From the IMG/VR virus record IMGVR_UViG_3300021431_000104: 64,000 bases of DNA; one strand, 5' to 3'. The position numbers and the translations under genes were made by a program. Source of the stretch: an uncultured virus (IMG/VR IMGVR_UViG_3300021431_000104). Taxonomy: Duplodnaviria > Heunggongvirae > Uroviricota > Caudoviricetes. The notes beneath the pieces are model-generated. The model was not told where the DNA came from, made no database searches, and saw only the letters and a program-made list of their open reading frames with translations. This document shows positions 8,086 through 17,171 of the stretch, one piece after another (position 1 is the stretch's first letter; each line of letters starts with the position of its first letter).

Positions 8086-8116
8086 CAAAGGTAATAAAAT
8101 TATTTTAAATAACAAA
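8086..8116 (-). promoter_or_regulatory. Bacteroidota sigmaA-type promoter
   Basis: TTTG-N19-TACCTTTG, identical to 7137-7167. Confidence 0.85.
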
Positions 8117-8129
8117 ATATTTTTACGAA

Positions 8130-9029
8130 TTATTGCAAAAAATGTTCGGCTATTGAAGTAGGCTCTATGGAGTTGTCTACTTCTTCATAAGTATCGAATT
8201 CAGGATCCTCTTCATAAGGGTCTATATTCATTTCTATCTCCCTACGCATTTCATGTCTTTCTTTAGAAGAAACAGCAATAGCTCCTTTATAGTCGTCTGT
8301 AATTTCATTTAATTCCTGCTGATTAATGTTAAAGCTAGAACCATCACTTTCTGTATCCTCATTGGCTACAACTTTAGGAAGCTGCTTTAAATCATAAGCC
8401 TGCTCCAGATATTTAGCTTGTTCAGTTTTATCATCTAAGAAGTTATTATTCTGAGAAATAATCTCCATAGCCTCTTCTCTACTAACAAATTCAGTTTGTT
8501 GTTGTACCTGATTATTGTTTTGCTGTAGGAAGATATTAGTAGTACTGCCTCCAGTAAAGGTACGAATTACCTGTTGTAAAGAGTTAGAGGTATCTAACCT
8601 TAACTTAAGGGCCTTATTGAGTTCAGAAGATATAAAAGGCGTATAATGGCCTCCTTGGGAAACTTTCAATATCTCCACTTGCTGATTTACTTCCATTCTG
8701 TCCTCTAATGCCCAAGCTAACTGTTGACCAAGTAAACCATTTACAAGATCCTGCTGGATCTCTGGTTGCCATATTTTAGAGGAAAGTACATGATCTCTCA
8801 TGTATAGCTGTATATACTCTATGGTTATACCCAAAGTCTTTGCAAGAGTATTGGTGTCCATAGGTATACTACCAAATTTACCATTACTAAGGATCCAGTT
8901 GTGTATAATATAATTGTACAAGGCCTCTTTTGAAGCCTCGGTTAATTCTTTTTGATACTGTATGGCTAAAGCTGTAGTTCCCATAGGTCTAGGAAACCTA
9001 TTGCTTACTTTTATTTCTTCTTTTTCCAT
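8130..9029 (-). CDS. HTH-containing protein, possibly a terminase small subunit
   Basis: HTH-like DTNTLAKTLGITIEYI, helical middle, TTNIFLQQNN strand and acidic tail; the function is a guess from architecture. Confidence 0.4.
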   Translation of the reverse strand: MEKEEIKVSNRFPRPMGTTALAIQYQKELTEASKEALYNYIIHNWILSNGKFGSIPMDTNTLAKTLGITIEYIQLYMRDHVLSSKIWQPEIQQDLVNGLLGQQLAWALEDRMEVNQQVEILKVSQGGHYTPFISSELNKALKLRLDTSNSLQQVIRTFTGGSTTNIFLQQNNNQVQQQTEFVSREEAMEIISQNNNFLDDKTEQAKYLEQAYDLKQLPKVVANEDTESDGSSFNINQQELNEITDDYKGAIAVSSKERHEMRREIEMNIDPYEEDPEFDTYEEVDNSIEPTSIAEHFLQ

Positions 9030-9312
9030 TTCTTATATCCTTTTCTGGCTGATATTCTAGTAAGACAAGCTTCTTTAATACATATAGATTAAGTTCTAAA
9101 GAATAAGATACTGAATACCAAAGATCTTTTGGAGTATGTATCAAGGTAAGGGTTTGGCCCGAATACTGATCTTGGGTATAGTAATATTTTCCTTTCTTAA
9201 AAGGGAAATCCATATAAAGCCTATAAAAAGGCTTTATATGGAAAAGGTTACCATGAAGGTCAAGGATTTGGCTTTCCTTTTTTCGATGGTTTATTTTTTG
9301 TATTGTCTTCAT
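8998..9312 (-). CDS. Hypothetical basic protein
   Basis: 104-aa ORF overlapping its neighbours. Confidence 0.6.
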   Translation of the reverse strand: MKTIQKINHRKKESQILDLHGNLFHIKPFYRLYMDFPFKKGKYYYTQDQYSGQTLTLIHTPKDLWYSVSYSLELNLYVLKKLVLLEYQPEKDIRNGKRRNKSKQ

Positions 9313-9715
9313 CGGATTTTAATCTCTGGGATGATAAGGGCAAAAGGGAAGCCCATCTCTCTTGGGCAGTTTTCCTTTTAAAATCAATTTGATCCTGGAT
9401 ATGCTTAAACAAGGCTTTCCTGGTTTCTATTACGTAAGAAGCATAGAATACTCCCCATAAACCATTAGAAAGAGGCTTTTTACCGGATTCAACCAGAATA
9501 TCTGAAATCTGTTTGAAAACCTTTTGAGCATTCGTTACTTCCTTTTTAAAGGCACGATATTTAATATATCCAGTTTTACGATCTATACTATCAGAATTTC
9601 TCAGAGTTTCTTGAAAATCCTGTCCGAATCTCTGTATGAATTTACTCCGGTTAAAGTTATAACCCTTTTGATCCATTCGAAACATGTGTACATATTCTAC
9701 TGCTGAAAGTTCCAT
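9260..9715 (-). CDS. Hypothetical protein
   Basis: 151-aa ORF. Confidence 0.75.
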   Translation of the reverse strand: MELSAVEYVHMFRMDQKGYNFNRSKFIQRFGQDFQETLRNSDSIDRKTGYIKYRAFKKEVTNAQKVFKQISDILVESGKKPLSNGLWGVFYASYVIETRKALFKHIQDQIDFKRKTAQERWASLLPLSSQRLKSDEDNTKNKPSKKGKPNP

Positions 9716-10113
9716 TCTTGTTTAAAGTTTAAAGTTAAGTTACTTGGTAGGACTTGAAAAAGGTAGCCATGAAGGTCATCTTCATAGTAAGATTCCCATA
9801 AACAGCCATTTAGTTTAAAAGGTTCTAGACTACTAGCTCCCTTAGGTATACCTGTAATATACATGTGATGTAAGGTTTTATTCCAGGGTTTTAAACACTG
9901 GAAATACTGAGCAGGATCTGATTCTGAGCCTTTTTCAAAGAATCCCATAAGGTAATAGTCAGGCCAAGCTACACTATCCTTAGCTTTATCTAGGATAACG
10001 CAAGGATAAGCTATTTCACCTATCTTTACAGTAGGCTCTATAAACTTAGCCTCTTTTACTATAGGCATGTGACATTTACCTATATACGTATTATATACTA
10101 CTTGCTTATACAT
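9697..10113 (-). CDS. Hypothetical protein
   Basis: 138-aa ORF. Confidence 0.75.
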   Translation of the reverse strand: MYKQVVYNTYIGKCHMPIVKEAKFIEPTVKIGEIAYPCVILDKAKDSVAWPDYYLMGFFEKGSESDPAQYFQCLKPWNKTLHHMYITGIPKGASSLEPFKLNGCLWESYYEDDLHGYLFQVLPSNLTLNFKQEWNFQQ

Positions 10114-10403
10114 TCGTAAACGATTATATGAGTTACACCTTTAGATTCTATTACTTTACTATTACTCAGATTCATCTGTAAACCTTTGATAGTATCTCTG
10201 GAAAGTTTATCCATACGACCTTCCTTTCTTTCCTCTTCATAGAGACCATCCAGGTTTATGGTTCGTTTAACGGACGAGATGGTTCCAGAGAATATTATCT
10301 TAATGTCTTCAGACTCTTTGAGGTTATTAGAGAGTTGCTTGTAGGCATACTTACCCTTTACGTACTCTACCTTTACGCTTCTTAGGTTTTTCTTTGTGAA
10401 CAT
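10098..10403 (-). CDS. Hypothetical protein
   Basis: 101-aa ORF. Confidence 0.7.
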   Translation of the reverse strand: MFTKKNLRSVKVEYVKGKYAYKQLSNNLKESEDIKIIFSGTISSVKRTINLDGLYEEERKEGRMDKLSRDTIKGLQMNLSNSKVIESKGVTHIIVYECISK

Positions 10404-10665
10404 AAATTCTTACATTTTCTAGTTGGTCCTTTACTGTAGCTTGAACAAAGATGGATATAGGTAAGAAGAAGAAGTCCCTTATATTGTGATTGTCAATATA
10501 GAAGTCATACAACTTGTTGAACTTCTTCCTCGTTTTAAAGGTAATATCCTTAGATACTAAGTAACTCTTGATACAACGTTTGTGTAATTCAATAAGCTCC
10601 TTAAGATCTCTTCTAAGCTCTTTTTCAGTAAAAATGTGATATTTGACCGTAGGTTTCTTAACCAT
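10351..10665 (-). CDS. Hypothetical basic protein
   Basis: 104-aa ORF. Confidence 0.7.
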   Translation of the reverse strand: MVKKPTVKYHIFTEKELRRDLKELIELHKRCIKSYLVSKDITFKTRKKFNKLYDFYIDNHNIRDFFFLPISIFVQATVKDQLENVRIYVHKEKPKKRKGRVRKG

Positions 10666-10702
10666 AATTAGCCATAGTCGAAAGAGTTAAGAATGACTAT
10701 CC

Positions 10703-11197
10703 TTAGATAGCCATTCCTGGTTTAAGTACTTTAGCAGCATAGCTATCGAAAGCCTTCTTAGCAGACTTATATTCCTTGGAGGTTTGATCCTGGATGAATC
10801 GGTTCATTTCCCTTTCGAGTTTACGGTACTGATTGCGAACATCCTGTCTCCAAGCCTTTTTGAGGTCGTTAATAGAACGATTTGCCCTATCTGGGTATTT
10901 CTCCCTGAGTTCATCCTCTGAAGGGTAGTAGTATTTTACATCCCTTTCGGAAACGACTTGCTCCTTGATAGAGTTCTTCTGCTTTTTAGCAACTTCCTTG
11001 ACTACCTTGTCTTTGTTTTTCTTAGACTTAGAAGCAGGCAATTCTACGGTCTTAGCCTTAGCCTTTTTAGATTTAAGTTTCTTTTCCTTTTTGGAAGAAT
11101 CTTGGTTAGTAACTTCTGTTGTCTTAGCAACAGTTTCTGGGTTTTCTACCTGAGCAATGATCTGCTCCTTCTTGGTGTTGTTCTTCGTCTTTTTCAT
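10703..11197 (-). CDS. Lys-rich protein with a KYxYP motif (putative nucleic-acid binding)
   Basis: K-rich disordered N-terminal half; KYYYP...KKAWRQDVR. Confidence 0.75.
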   Translation of the reverse strand: MKKTKNNTKKEQIIAQVENPETVAKTTEVTNQDSSKKEKKLKSKKAKAKTVELPASKSKKNKDKVVKEVAKKQKNSIKEQVVSERDVKYYYPSEDELREKYPDRANRSINDLKKAWRQDVRNQYRKLEREMNRFIQDQTSKEYKSAKKAFDSYAAKVLKPGMAI

Positions 11198-11298
11198 AAC
11201 GAGTTTAATTTAATGGGTTTTGAAGCCCGTGACTAAAGTTAATGTTAAGGTTCTTTGGGTAGGGCTTCCCTTGTTTTCCCTTTTATTTTTATACAATG

Positions 11299-11330
11299 CA
11301 AAATTACATATAATATTTTAAATATGCAAA
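11299..11330 (-). promoter_or_regulatory. Bacteroidota sigmaA-type promoter (class 2)
   Basis: TTTG-N20-TAATTTTG. Confidence 0.85.
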
Positions 11331-11366
11331 TTTTTTGCAAAATATTTTTAATAAAACTTAGGTTAG

Positions 11367-11795
11367 CTATTGGAATACCTCTGGAGGATATTGGATTTCA
11401 TCCTCTGGGTCTGCAAGGTAATCATCCCAATGATCTTCTACGTAATCTATGTCCATTACTACCTTATGAGATGGTATAGTTACTGTTAAGGGATCATCAT
11501 CATGGCTCCAGTCTCCAGAAGTTATCCATCGTGATACCTCATAGGTTTCTGTAGTAGGTATAACCCTTATACGTTTTATAACTTTTCGTGTACGTTGACC
11601 GCTATCTATATTACTGGTATATTTAGGTTTAGTTATCTCCGTTGTAGGCTTTCTTATATATTTAGGTTTATTATCATCATAAGTTAATACATAATGACAA
11701 CAACCTGCATATATAAAAAATAGAAGTCCGCAGGCAAACCATACGGACTTACTAGAGTTATTATTAAGTTTTGTACTCATATTTCTTAATATCAA
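11367..11795 (-). CDS. Membrane-anchored hypothetical protein
   Basis: N-terminal hydrophobic segment VWFACGLLFFIYAG. Confidence 0.7.
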   Translation of the reverse strand: MILRNMSTKLNNNSSKSVWFACGLLFFIYAGCCHYVLTYDDNKPKYIRKPTTEITKPKYTSNIDSGQRTRKVIKRIRVIPTTETYEVSRWITSGDWSHDDDPLTVTIPSHKVVMDIDYVEDHWDDYLADPEDEIQYPPEVFQ

Positions 11796-12051
11796 AGTTA
11801 CCCTTTACTAGATTAGCATTAACCCATCTACCTTTGGAGTCAGCTTGGTCAAGCTCCTTGTAAAGTATTCCTGCACCAATATATCGATAGCATGTACAGT
11901 TTTTGAATATGATAAGGATATCCGTAGATGATCCTTCGGTCATCTTAGCATAAGCCTCGATATTAGAAGAAGTACAAGAAGTGAACTTTACTCTAAAGCA
12001 ATCTTCAAATAGCTTTATGATTTTCTCTTTGTTTAGATTTCCTTTATTCAT
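11764..12051 (-). CDS. KTSC-domain protein
   Basis: SSNI...ILIIFKN..YRY.G...Y.EL..ADSKGRWVN matches the KTSC signature. Confidence 0.8.
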   Translation of the reverse strand: MNKGNLNKEKIIKLFEDCFRVKFTSCTSSNIEAYAKMTEGSSTDILIIFKNCTCYRYIGAGILYKELDQADSKGRWVNANLVKGNFDIKKYEYKT

Positions 12052-12052
12052 C

Positions 12053-12424
12053 TTATATTAAGTTAAGTATAGCCTGATATTCAGGATGGAATTTATTCTG
12101 AGCCCTAATAATTAAAGCCCAAGCTCCAAGTACTCCTTCCTGGTTTATCTCTAACCATTCAGCTTCCATTCTCCATAGGATATAAGAGCAAAGGGAAGTT
12201 TGATACTCAGTGAGCATATTTAAGAGTTCTGGAGCCTGCTTTATATCTTCGTATATACAGATAAGTTTCTCGATAGCCTCTGTGATTTCATCCTCTTTAG
12301 CTTCTACCAATTTCATAAGGTAATCCTTAGAGATAATGTTTGGGTTATCTTTGAGCTTGTTAAGAGCTTCTATCTGAATATCAGCTATCATTGATATTAC
12401 TTTGGTTGTGTTAGGTTCTATCAT
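12053..12424 (-). CDS. Hypothetical helical protein (start revised to MIEPN)
   Basis: The listed start at 12478 lies inside the promoter; the ATG at 12424 follows an A-rich leader. Confidence 0.75.
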   Translation of the reverse strand: MIEPNTTKVISMIADIQIEALNKLKDNPNIISKDYLMKLVEAKEDEITEAIEKLICIYEDIKQAPELLNMLTEYQTSLCSYILWRMEAEWLEINQEGVLGAWALIIRAQNKFHPEYQAILNLI

Positions 12425-12447
12425 ATTTTTATATTTTTTATATAGTG

Positions 12448-12479
12448 CAAAATTACAAATAAAAAATGAAATATGCAAA
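12448..12479 (-). promoter_or_regulatory. Bacteroidota sigmaA-type promoter (class 2)
   Basis: TTTG-N20-TAATTTTG. Confidence 0.85.
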
Positions 12480-12520
12480 TTTTTATTAATCTATTTGCAT
12501 ATTTCATTAGTTCAAGGTAG

Positions 12521-13408
12521 TTATTTACGTTGTAGAGCTTCCTGTATCTTATCTTTGATAGAGTCTGGGAATTGGCAATCTGGTGCCCATCTTAAGAAGA
12601 ACTTAGAAGGCTTTTTCTCGGGATTAAGCAACAGTTGTCTTTGTTCGAAAGAGAACTTGAGCCTCTCCTCTTGCGTCATAAAGTAGGGCAACTTGGTAAA
12701 CTCTACTGAAGAGAATGATAGTGTTCTCTTGCTCTCTTTTATCTTAAAGGGTTTTTTCCTTTCCTTATATAGATAAGGTACTACCTTCTTAGAAGGACCA
12801 TCCATGATAGAGAATCCGAAGATTATCATAGGATCAAATTTATCCGTTTTTGGATCTTTGCCCTTACGTATGCAACGGACCATCCAGGATAGTGAGTGAA
12901 GGTATTGACCATTGTGATGAGGTTCTCCCGTATCTTTGGTATTAAATTCAAAGTCAGGGAAGTAATACTTAAAATCTTCGGTTAGTATGAATACAAATCC
13001 AAGATCTCTAAGGTATTTTATAACCTCTGCTTGGTTTTTACCTTCTGAAGCCATTTTCTCTACTTCTGCCAAAATATCCTCTCGAGGAGATTCTATTACA
13101 GAAGGACCTGTAGAGCTTGGTCTACCTCTTCCAGGAGTTTGAGGCTTTATTGGTAAATCACCCTTTAGTTTATCGATATACTCCTTGAAAGAGTCTATAT
13201 CTTCTTTATGTACTAAGGTTACTTCAAACCTTACTGGGCCATCATGTTTTAGTTTAGGTCCTGCATAATATTCAGCAGTACTATCTACTAATCGGTCATT
13301 TACCACTGCCCCGTCCTTATCTAAGAGAGTTATTCTCATCTTAGGTTTAAATACTTTAGCTTCAGCTTTAGGAGCCTTTGGTTGCTTCTTTTCTTTTTTA
13401 TCTTTCAT
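12521..13408 (-). CDS. Hypothetical protein with an AT-hook-like PGRGRP motif
   Basis: 295-aa ORF. Confidence 0.75.
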   Translation of the reverse strand: MKDKKEKKQPKAPKAEAKVFKPKMRITLLDKDGAVVNDRLVDSTAEYYAGPKLKHDGPVRFEVTLVHKEDIDSFKEYIDKLKGDLPIKPQTPGRGRPSSTGPSVIESPREDILAEVEKMASEGKNQAEVIKYLRDLGFVFILTEDFKYYFPDFEFNTKDTGEPHHNGQYLHSLSWMVRCIRKGKDPKTDKFDPMIIFGFSIMDGPSKKVVPYLYKERKKPFKIKESKRTLSFSSVEFTKLPYFMTQEERLKFSFEQRQLLLNPEKKPSKFFLRWAPDCQFPDSIKDKIQEALQRK

Positions 13409-13431
13409 ATACTTTATGGATGTTTATGAAC

Positions 13432-13465
13432 AAAAAATCCGGGGTCAAACCGATTTGACCCCGGA
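13432..13465 (-). terminator. Intrinsic terminator
   Basis: TCCGGGGTCAAA-TCGG-TTTGACCCCGGA followed by TTTTTT. Confidence 0.85.
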
Positions 13466-13578
13466 GGCTTACCCAAATAAAAATTTGGAACTTGGTGAAT
13501 AAGAGTAACTTAATACTGCAGGAATTTGGCCTATGTAGGGGGAAAACGAATAACCCCTATTTTGCTGCTGTATATAAG

Positions 13579-14124
13579 TTAATCCTCCTCTTTCTTCACC
13601 TTCTTGGCCTTTTTGGAGGTTTTGGTATTTACATCCTTTTTGGCCTTTTTCTTATCTTTAGCAACCGGAGCTTCTTCTTTAGTAGACTTCTTCTTAGATG
13701 AGGTAGTACCTGCAGCCTTCTTCCTTTGCTCTACTCGGTACTTTTTCTTCTCATCCTTAGTCATCTCTCGCATTTTACCGGTTTTTTCATCCTTAACCTG
13801 AGGATAATCGTACTTAGTAACTACCCTACCTTGCTTTTTCTCGGTTTTAGGAGCTTCTGCCTCCTTAACCTTTTTAGCCTTTTTGGATTTCTTACTTTCT
13901 TTAGCCATTTTTAGTAATTTTATGTTGTTTGACTTATCAAGAGCAGGATAATTGAGCATTACCTTATCTCTTTCCTTGTTTAATTTATAAACTAAGTCTT
14001 TTAGCTTAGGATCTTCTTTAATCCTTTTAGTGTCCGAAGGATCTATATTATGCTCCTTGAGATAGGATATTAAAGCTCTCTTAGCAGCATATAACTTCGG
14101 AACCTTTTCTTTTGAATTTCCCAT
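13579..14124 (-). CDS. Lys-rich histone-H1-like protein with a KYxYP motif
   Basis: KYDYP...KKKYRVEQR and K/A-rich tails; possible internal start at 13908. Confidence 0.75.
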   Translation of the reverse strand: MGNSKEKVPKLYAAKRALISYLKEHNIDPSDTKRIKEDPKLKDLVYKLNKERDKVMLNYPALDKSNNIKLLKMAKESKKSKKAKKVKEAEAPKTEKKQGRVVTKYDYPQVKDEKTGKMREMTKDEKKKYRVEQRKKAAGTTSSKKKSTKEEAPVAKDKKKAKKDVNTKTSKKAKKVKKEED

Positions 14125-14145
14125 TTCGAAAGTATATAGTTTTAC

Positions 14146-14523
14146 CTAATTTAATTTCGTAGGTACTCTTTGAATTTCTAGAATGCCCTTAAAAGTAATG
14201 GCTTTAAGATTACAGTACAGCTTCAGTACACTTAATATCTCGTGATCACTTAAGTTGAGTAATATTGCTTCTCCAACTTTAAGATGACTTTCTTTGTCGT
14301 AATACTCGTATTTAATATTACATATACACCCATGTATTAAATCACGAAACTGGGTTTTTAGTGAAAAAAGTTTTCTGTATAGGTATTTCTTGGTGTGGGT
14401 TAGTTTTTGAACTTCACCTTTCTTGTTCTGGTTTTTAGCTAACTCTATCTGAGAATTTAAAAGTAAAAACTCCTGAAAAAGCTTTTCTATATCAGCTATT
14501 ATGAGGTTTATCCTTGACTCCAT
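14146..14523 (-). CDS. Hypothetical protein
   Basis: 125-aa ORF. Confidence 0.7.
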   Translation of the reverse strand: MESRINLIIADIEKLFQEFLLLNSQIELAKNQNKKGEVQKLTHTKKYLYRKLFSLKTQFRDLIHGCICNIKYEYYDKESHLKVGEAILLNLSDHEILSVLKLYCNLKAITFKGILEIQRVPTKLN

Positions 14524-14720
14524 TTGGGCTTTTTTATAGGTTCAGAATCTAAAGCTTGAGTTAACTCATCTAGATATAAAGTTATTTCCTGTATGCAAGA
14601 AATAAGAAATTCTCTCTCTCCCTCGTTTATATTGGGATCTTCTAGAGCATTATTATAATCTTCATTAAGATTTATGAGTGCAACAATAGTAAGATTTCTT
14701 CTAATATCAGCTTGGTCCAT
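14508..14720 (-). CDS. Small acidic hypothetical protein
   Basis: 70-aa ORF. Confidence 0.7.
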   Translation of the reverse strand: MDQADIRRNLTIVALINLNEDYNNALEDPNINEGEREFLISCIQEITLYLDELTQALDSEPIKKPKWSQG

Positions 14721-14731
14721 AGTAATATGCT

Positions 14732-14760
14732 AAAAAATAGCCCGGTAAATTACCGGGCTA
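14732..14760 (-). terminator. Intrinsic terminator
   Basis: TAGCCCGGTAA-T-TTACCGGGCTA followed by TTTTTT. Confidence 0.8.
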
Positions 14761-14810
14761 CAGAATGAACAACTACCATTATTATAAACTGAAGAATAAG
14801 GGTTGAGAGT

Positions 14811-15191
14811 TTAATCTTCCTTAGAAGACTTAGCCTTCTTCTTTGCCTTCTGCTCCTCAGTCTTATACTTTGCAGCAACGATGGTACCGTGACCCTTCTT
14901 TGCCTTTACAGTGATATCTCCAGGAACGAGAGTTACATTTGAACTCAGTACGTTGCCCTCGGCATCATAAGCAACAGAAGTAACTAGTACTCCAGTATGC
15001 TTACCGTTAGCCTTAAGAGGATAACCGAAGTTCTTTACACAGCCCCCGTTCTCTGTTGGGATGATGTCAATCTGCTTACTGTTAGGTCTCTGCTCTGCAG
15101 GACGATTCTTAAGAGCTTCCATACGAGCCTTTCTCTTTGCAGCCTTCTCATCAGCAGCAGCTGCAGCCTTCTTGTTTGATTTTGTTGCCAT
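14811..15191 (-). CDS. Basic K/A-rich hypothetical protein
   Basis: 126-aa ORF. Confidence 0.8.
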   Translation of the reverse strand: MATKSNKKAAAAADEKAAKRKARMEALKNRPAEQRPNSKQIDIIPTENGGCVKNFGYPLKANGKHTGVLVTSVAYDAEGNVLSSNVTLVPGDITVKAKKGHGTIVAAKYKTEEQKAKKKAKSSKED

Positions 15192-15248
15192 AGTGATTTG
15201 TGTAATTAAATTTGTTTTTGATATAAAGTGTTATTAAAAGTGATTCCT

Positions 15249-15285
15249 AAAAGGAGGGAGAGCAGGAAATGGTCCTGCCCACCCT
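15249..15285 (-). terminator. Probable intrinsic terminator
   Basis: AGGG...GCAGG-loop-CCTGC...CCCT hairpin followed by CCTTTT. Confidence 0.55.
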
Positions 15286-15313
15286 GAGTAAGAATGCCTA
15301 TGAGAAAAGTTCC

Positions 15314-15907
15314 TTACTTTTTCTTGCCTTTCTTAGCAGCCTTCTTTGGAAGCTTGATACCAAGTTCCTTTGCTATTGCAGCACGGAGCTTTTCGATATC
15401 ATCCTCGTCGTAGTCATCAGGAGAAGTTTCGAGTTCCTTGTCATCGCAGAGGTCCTCGAGCTCTTCGAAGTCCATTTCAGAGAGAGACTCAGGAGTTACT
15501 TCGTCCTCATCCTCATCTTCGTCCTCATCCTCATCTTCGTCCTCATCCTCATCTTCGTCTTCGTCCTCATCTTCGTCCTCGTCCTCATCTTCGTCTTCGT
15601 CCTCATCTTCGTCCTCATCTTCGTCTTCGTCCTCATCTTCGTCTTCGTCGTCGTCCTCATCTTCGTCGTCGTCATCCTCGTCGTCGTCATCCTCGTCGTC
15701 GTCATCCTCGTCGTCGTCATCCTCGTCGTCATCCTCGTCGTCGTCAGAATCTCCGCCGAAGATATCGGTAACCTGCTCAGATGAGATAGCTACTGTAGTG
15801 ATGAGTGCAAAACTACCATCCTCGTACTTAACCAGGATAGAACCGTTACCAAGATCAAAACGAGCAACTTCCTTGAGCTCTGCCTTTTTTGTTGTTTTCT
15901 TTGCCAT
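15314..15907 (-). CDS. Poly-Asp/Glu protein with a C-terminal helix-extension-helix-like domain
   Basis: About 80 consecutive D/E residues; LSEMDFEELEDLC...LRAAI; basic termini; ACAACAATG leader. Confidence 0.85.
   Translation of the reverse strand: MAKKTTKKAELKEVARFDLGNGSILVKYEDGSFALITTVAISSEQVTDIFGGDSDDDEDDDEDDDDEDDDDEDDDDEDDDDEDEDDDEDEDEDEDEDEDEDEDEDEDEDEDEDEDEDEDEDEDEDEDEDEDEDEDEVTPESLSEMDFEELEDLCDDKELETSPDDYDEDDIEKLRAAIAKELGIKLPKKAAKKGKKK
15500..15745. repeat. Coding tandem repeat (GAN codons in 12-, 15- and 18-bp units)
   Basis: TCGTCCTCATCT and TCGTCGTCATCC arrays on the + strand. Confidence 0.95.
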
Positions 15908-15945
15908 TGTTGTAAAGTTTTAAAGTGTTATTAATAATAATAATA

Positions 15946-16143
15946 TTATAGGGATATAATCCTTTGCTTATCTTCGTTTTCAGAATTGAATAGTATTACC
16001 TCTTCTAGAAGTTGATTCATCTCTTCTTTAGAATGAATGGTTTTTAATTCTTCTTCTTTGCCACCATTATCACTTTTAGTAATAACCCTTACTTCTTTAG
16101 GCCACGGGTTATTATTACTATGTAGGTTAATTGTATGATTCAT
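15946..16143 (-). CDS. Hypothetical protein
   Basis: 65-aa ORF. Confidence 0.6.
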   Translation of the reverse strand: MNHTINLHSNNNPWPKEVRVITKSDNGGKEEELKTIHSKEEMNQLLEEVILFNSENEDKQRIISL

Positions 16144-16672
16144 ACCTTAATATTTTAGTATAACCCTCTAATATATAAGGTACCCAATCACGATATATAT
16201 TGGGTAGAGAGGGTCTTTTTTTCGCGGATATTATATTTGAAGTAAACCTTTGGGGATGTATCCACCTATTCCCATTTATAGGTCTATTACTTGAAACATA
16301 CGCATATAGTTTACGAGTTTTCAAGTTCTTAATAAAACCTCTAAATTCAAACTCTTTTTCAAGCTTATCATCAGTTAAATAGATGGATTCGTAAGGTAGG
16401 TTTGATAATATCTCATCCCATACTTTCTCCCATCTCTTAGCTTTTCTAAAGTATTTCCTTGAAAAAGGTTTTTTATGATCTCCGTGGAAATACAGTGATA
16501 GAGCATAAACCCATATCTTCGGGGTATAGGCAGATTTATATTTATCAAATATCTCCCGTCCTATACTTCCGTGAAGTCGGTTTAAGCGACGGTATCTCCT
16601 GTAAGAGAGCATCATTAACCTCTTTTCTCTGGAGTTTGAGATGCTTTCTAGATATGCCCGATCTACTACCAT
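16127..16672 (-). CDS. Basic aromatic-rich hypothetical protein (start uncertain)
   Basis: 181-aa ORF overlapping the upstream gene. Confidence 0.65.
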   Translation of the reverse strand: MVVDRAYLESISNSREKRLMMLSYRRYRRLNRLHGSIGREIFDKYKSAYTPKIWVYALSLYFHGDHKKPFSRKYFRKAKRWEKVWDEILSNLPYESIYLTDDKLEKEFEFRGFIKNLKTRKLYAYVSSNRPINGNRWIHPQRFTSNIISAKKRPSLPNIYRDWVPYILEGYTKILRYESYN

Positions 16673-17171
16673 AAAATTGTTCTTTATACCATTTATTAAA
16701 CTTAGTTATACCTTGTTTTCTTTTTCTTTGTAAGAGTACTGCGAAATACCTTCTTCTATGTTTATCATAGATAAACTCTGGAGGATATATGTATTTTTTT
16801 AATGAGCCATAGTATACGTGACTCCTATCATATTTATCTCTAGACTTTATATACCTTTCGATGCGTATACCCTTTTCACCAAAGTTTATTTGATAGGGAT
16901 ATTTTTGTTGTTTGAAAACCTTCATACCCTGTGACCTTAGTTCTTTACCGGAAACAAAGTGTACGTATTTCAAAGCATCTACTCCATATAGAGTTACTAA
17001 AACGTGCTTAGCATGAACTCTTGAGTAAAAAGGTATTTGACAGTATTTTTTCTTATAGAAGGACTTTTCAGTTCTAGAGTTAAAAAACCTGTAACTGTGG
17101 GGAGTATTATAAGACCAAGCGTATACTGCCTTAGAATACACCTTATCTTTATCTCTCTTAAGTTTAACCAT
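16545..17171 (-). CDS. Very basic protein with a KYxYP motif
   Basis: 208 aa, K/R/Y-rich; KYIYP...RRRY. Confidence 0.7.
   Translation of the reverse strand: MVKLKRDKDKVYSKAVYAWSYNTPHSYRFFNSRTEKSFYKKKYCQIPFYSRVHAKHVLVTLYGVDALKYVHFVSGKELRSQGMKVFKQQKYPYQINFGEKGIRIERYIKSRDKYDRSHVYYGSLKKYIYPPEFIYDKHRRRYFAVLLQRKRKQGITKFNKWYKEQFYGSRSGISRKHLKLQRKEVNDALLQEIPSLKPTSRKYRTGDI

Noticed and set aside
15500..15745. Possible CRISPR array
   Set aside because: Contiguous short coding repeats with no unique spacers; no cas genes in the window.
15269..15923. Poly-Ser, Arg/His/Pro-rich and hydrophobic + strand ORFs, and the MTTR-repeat ORF
   Set aside because: They are alternate-frame shadows of the GAN-codon repeat in the poly-acidic gene.
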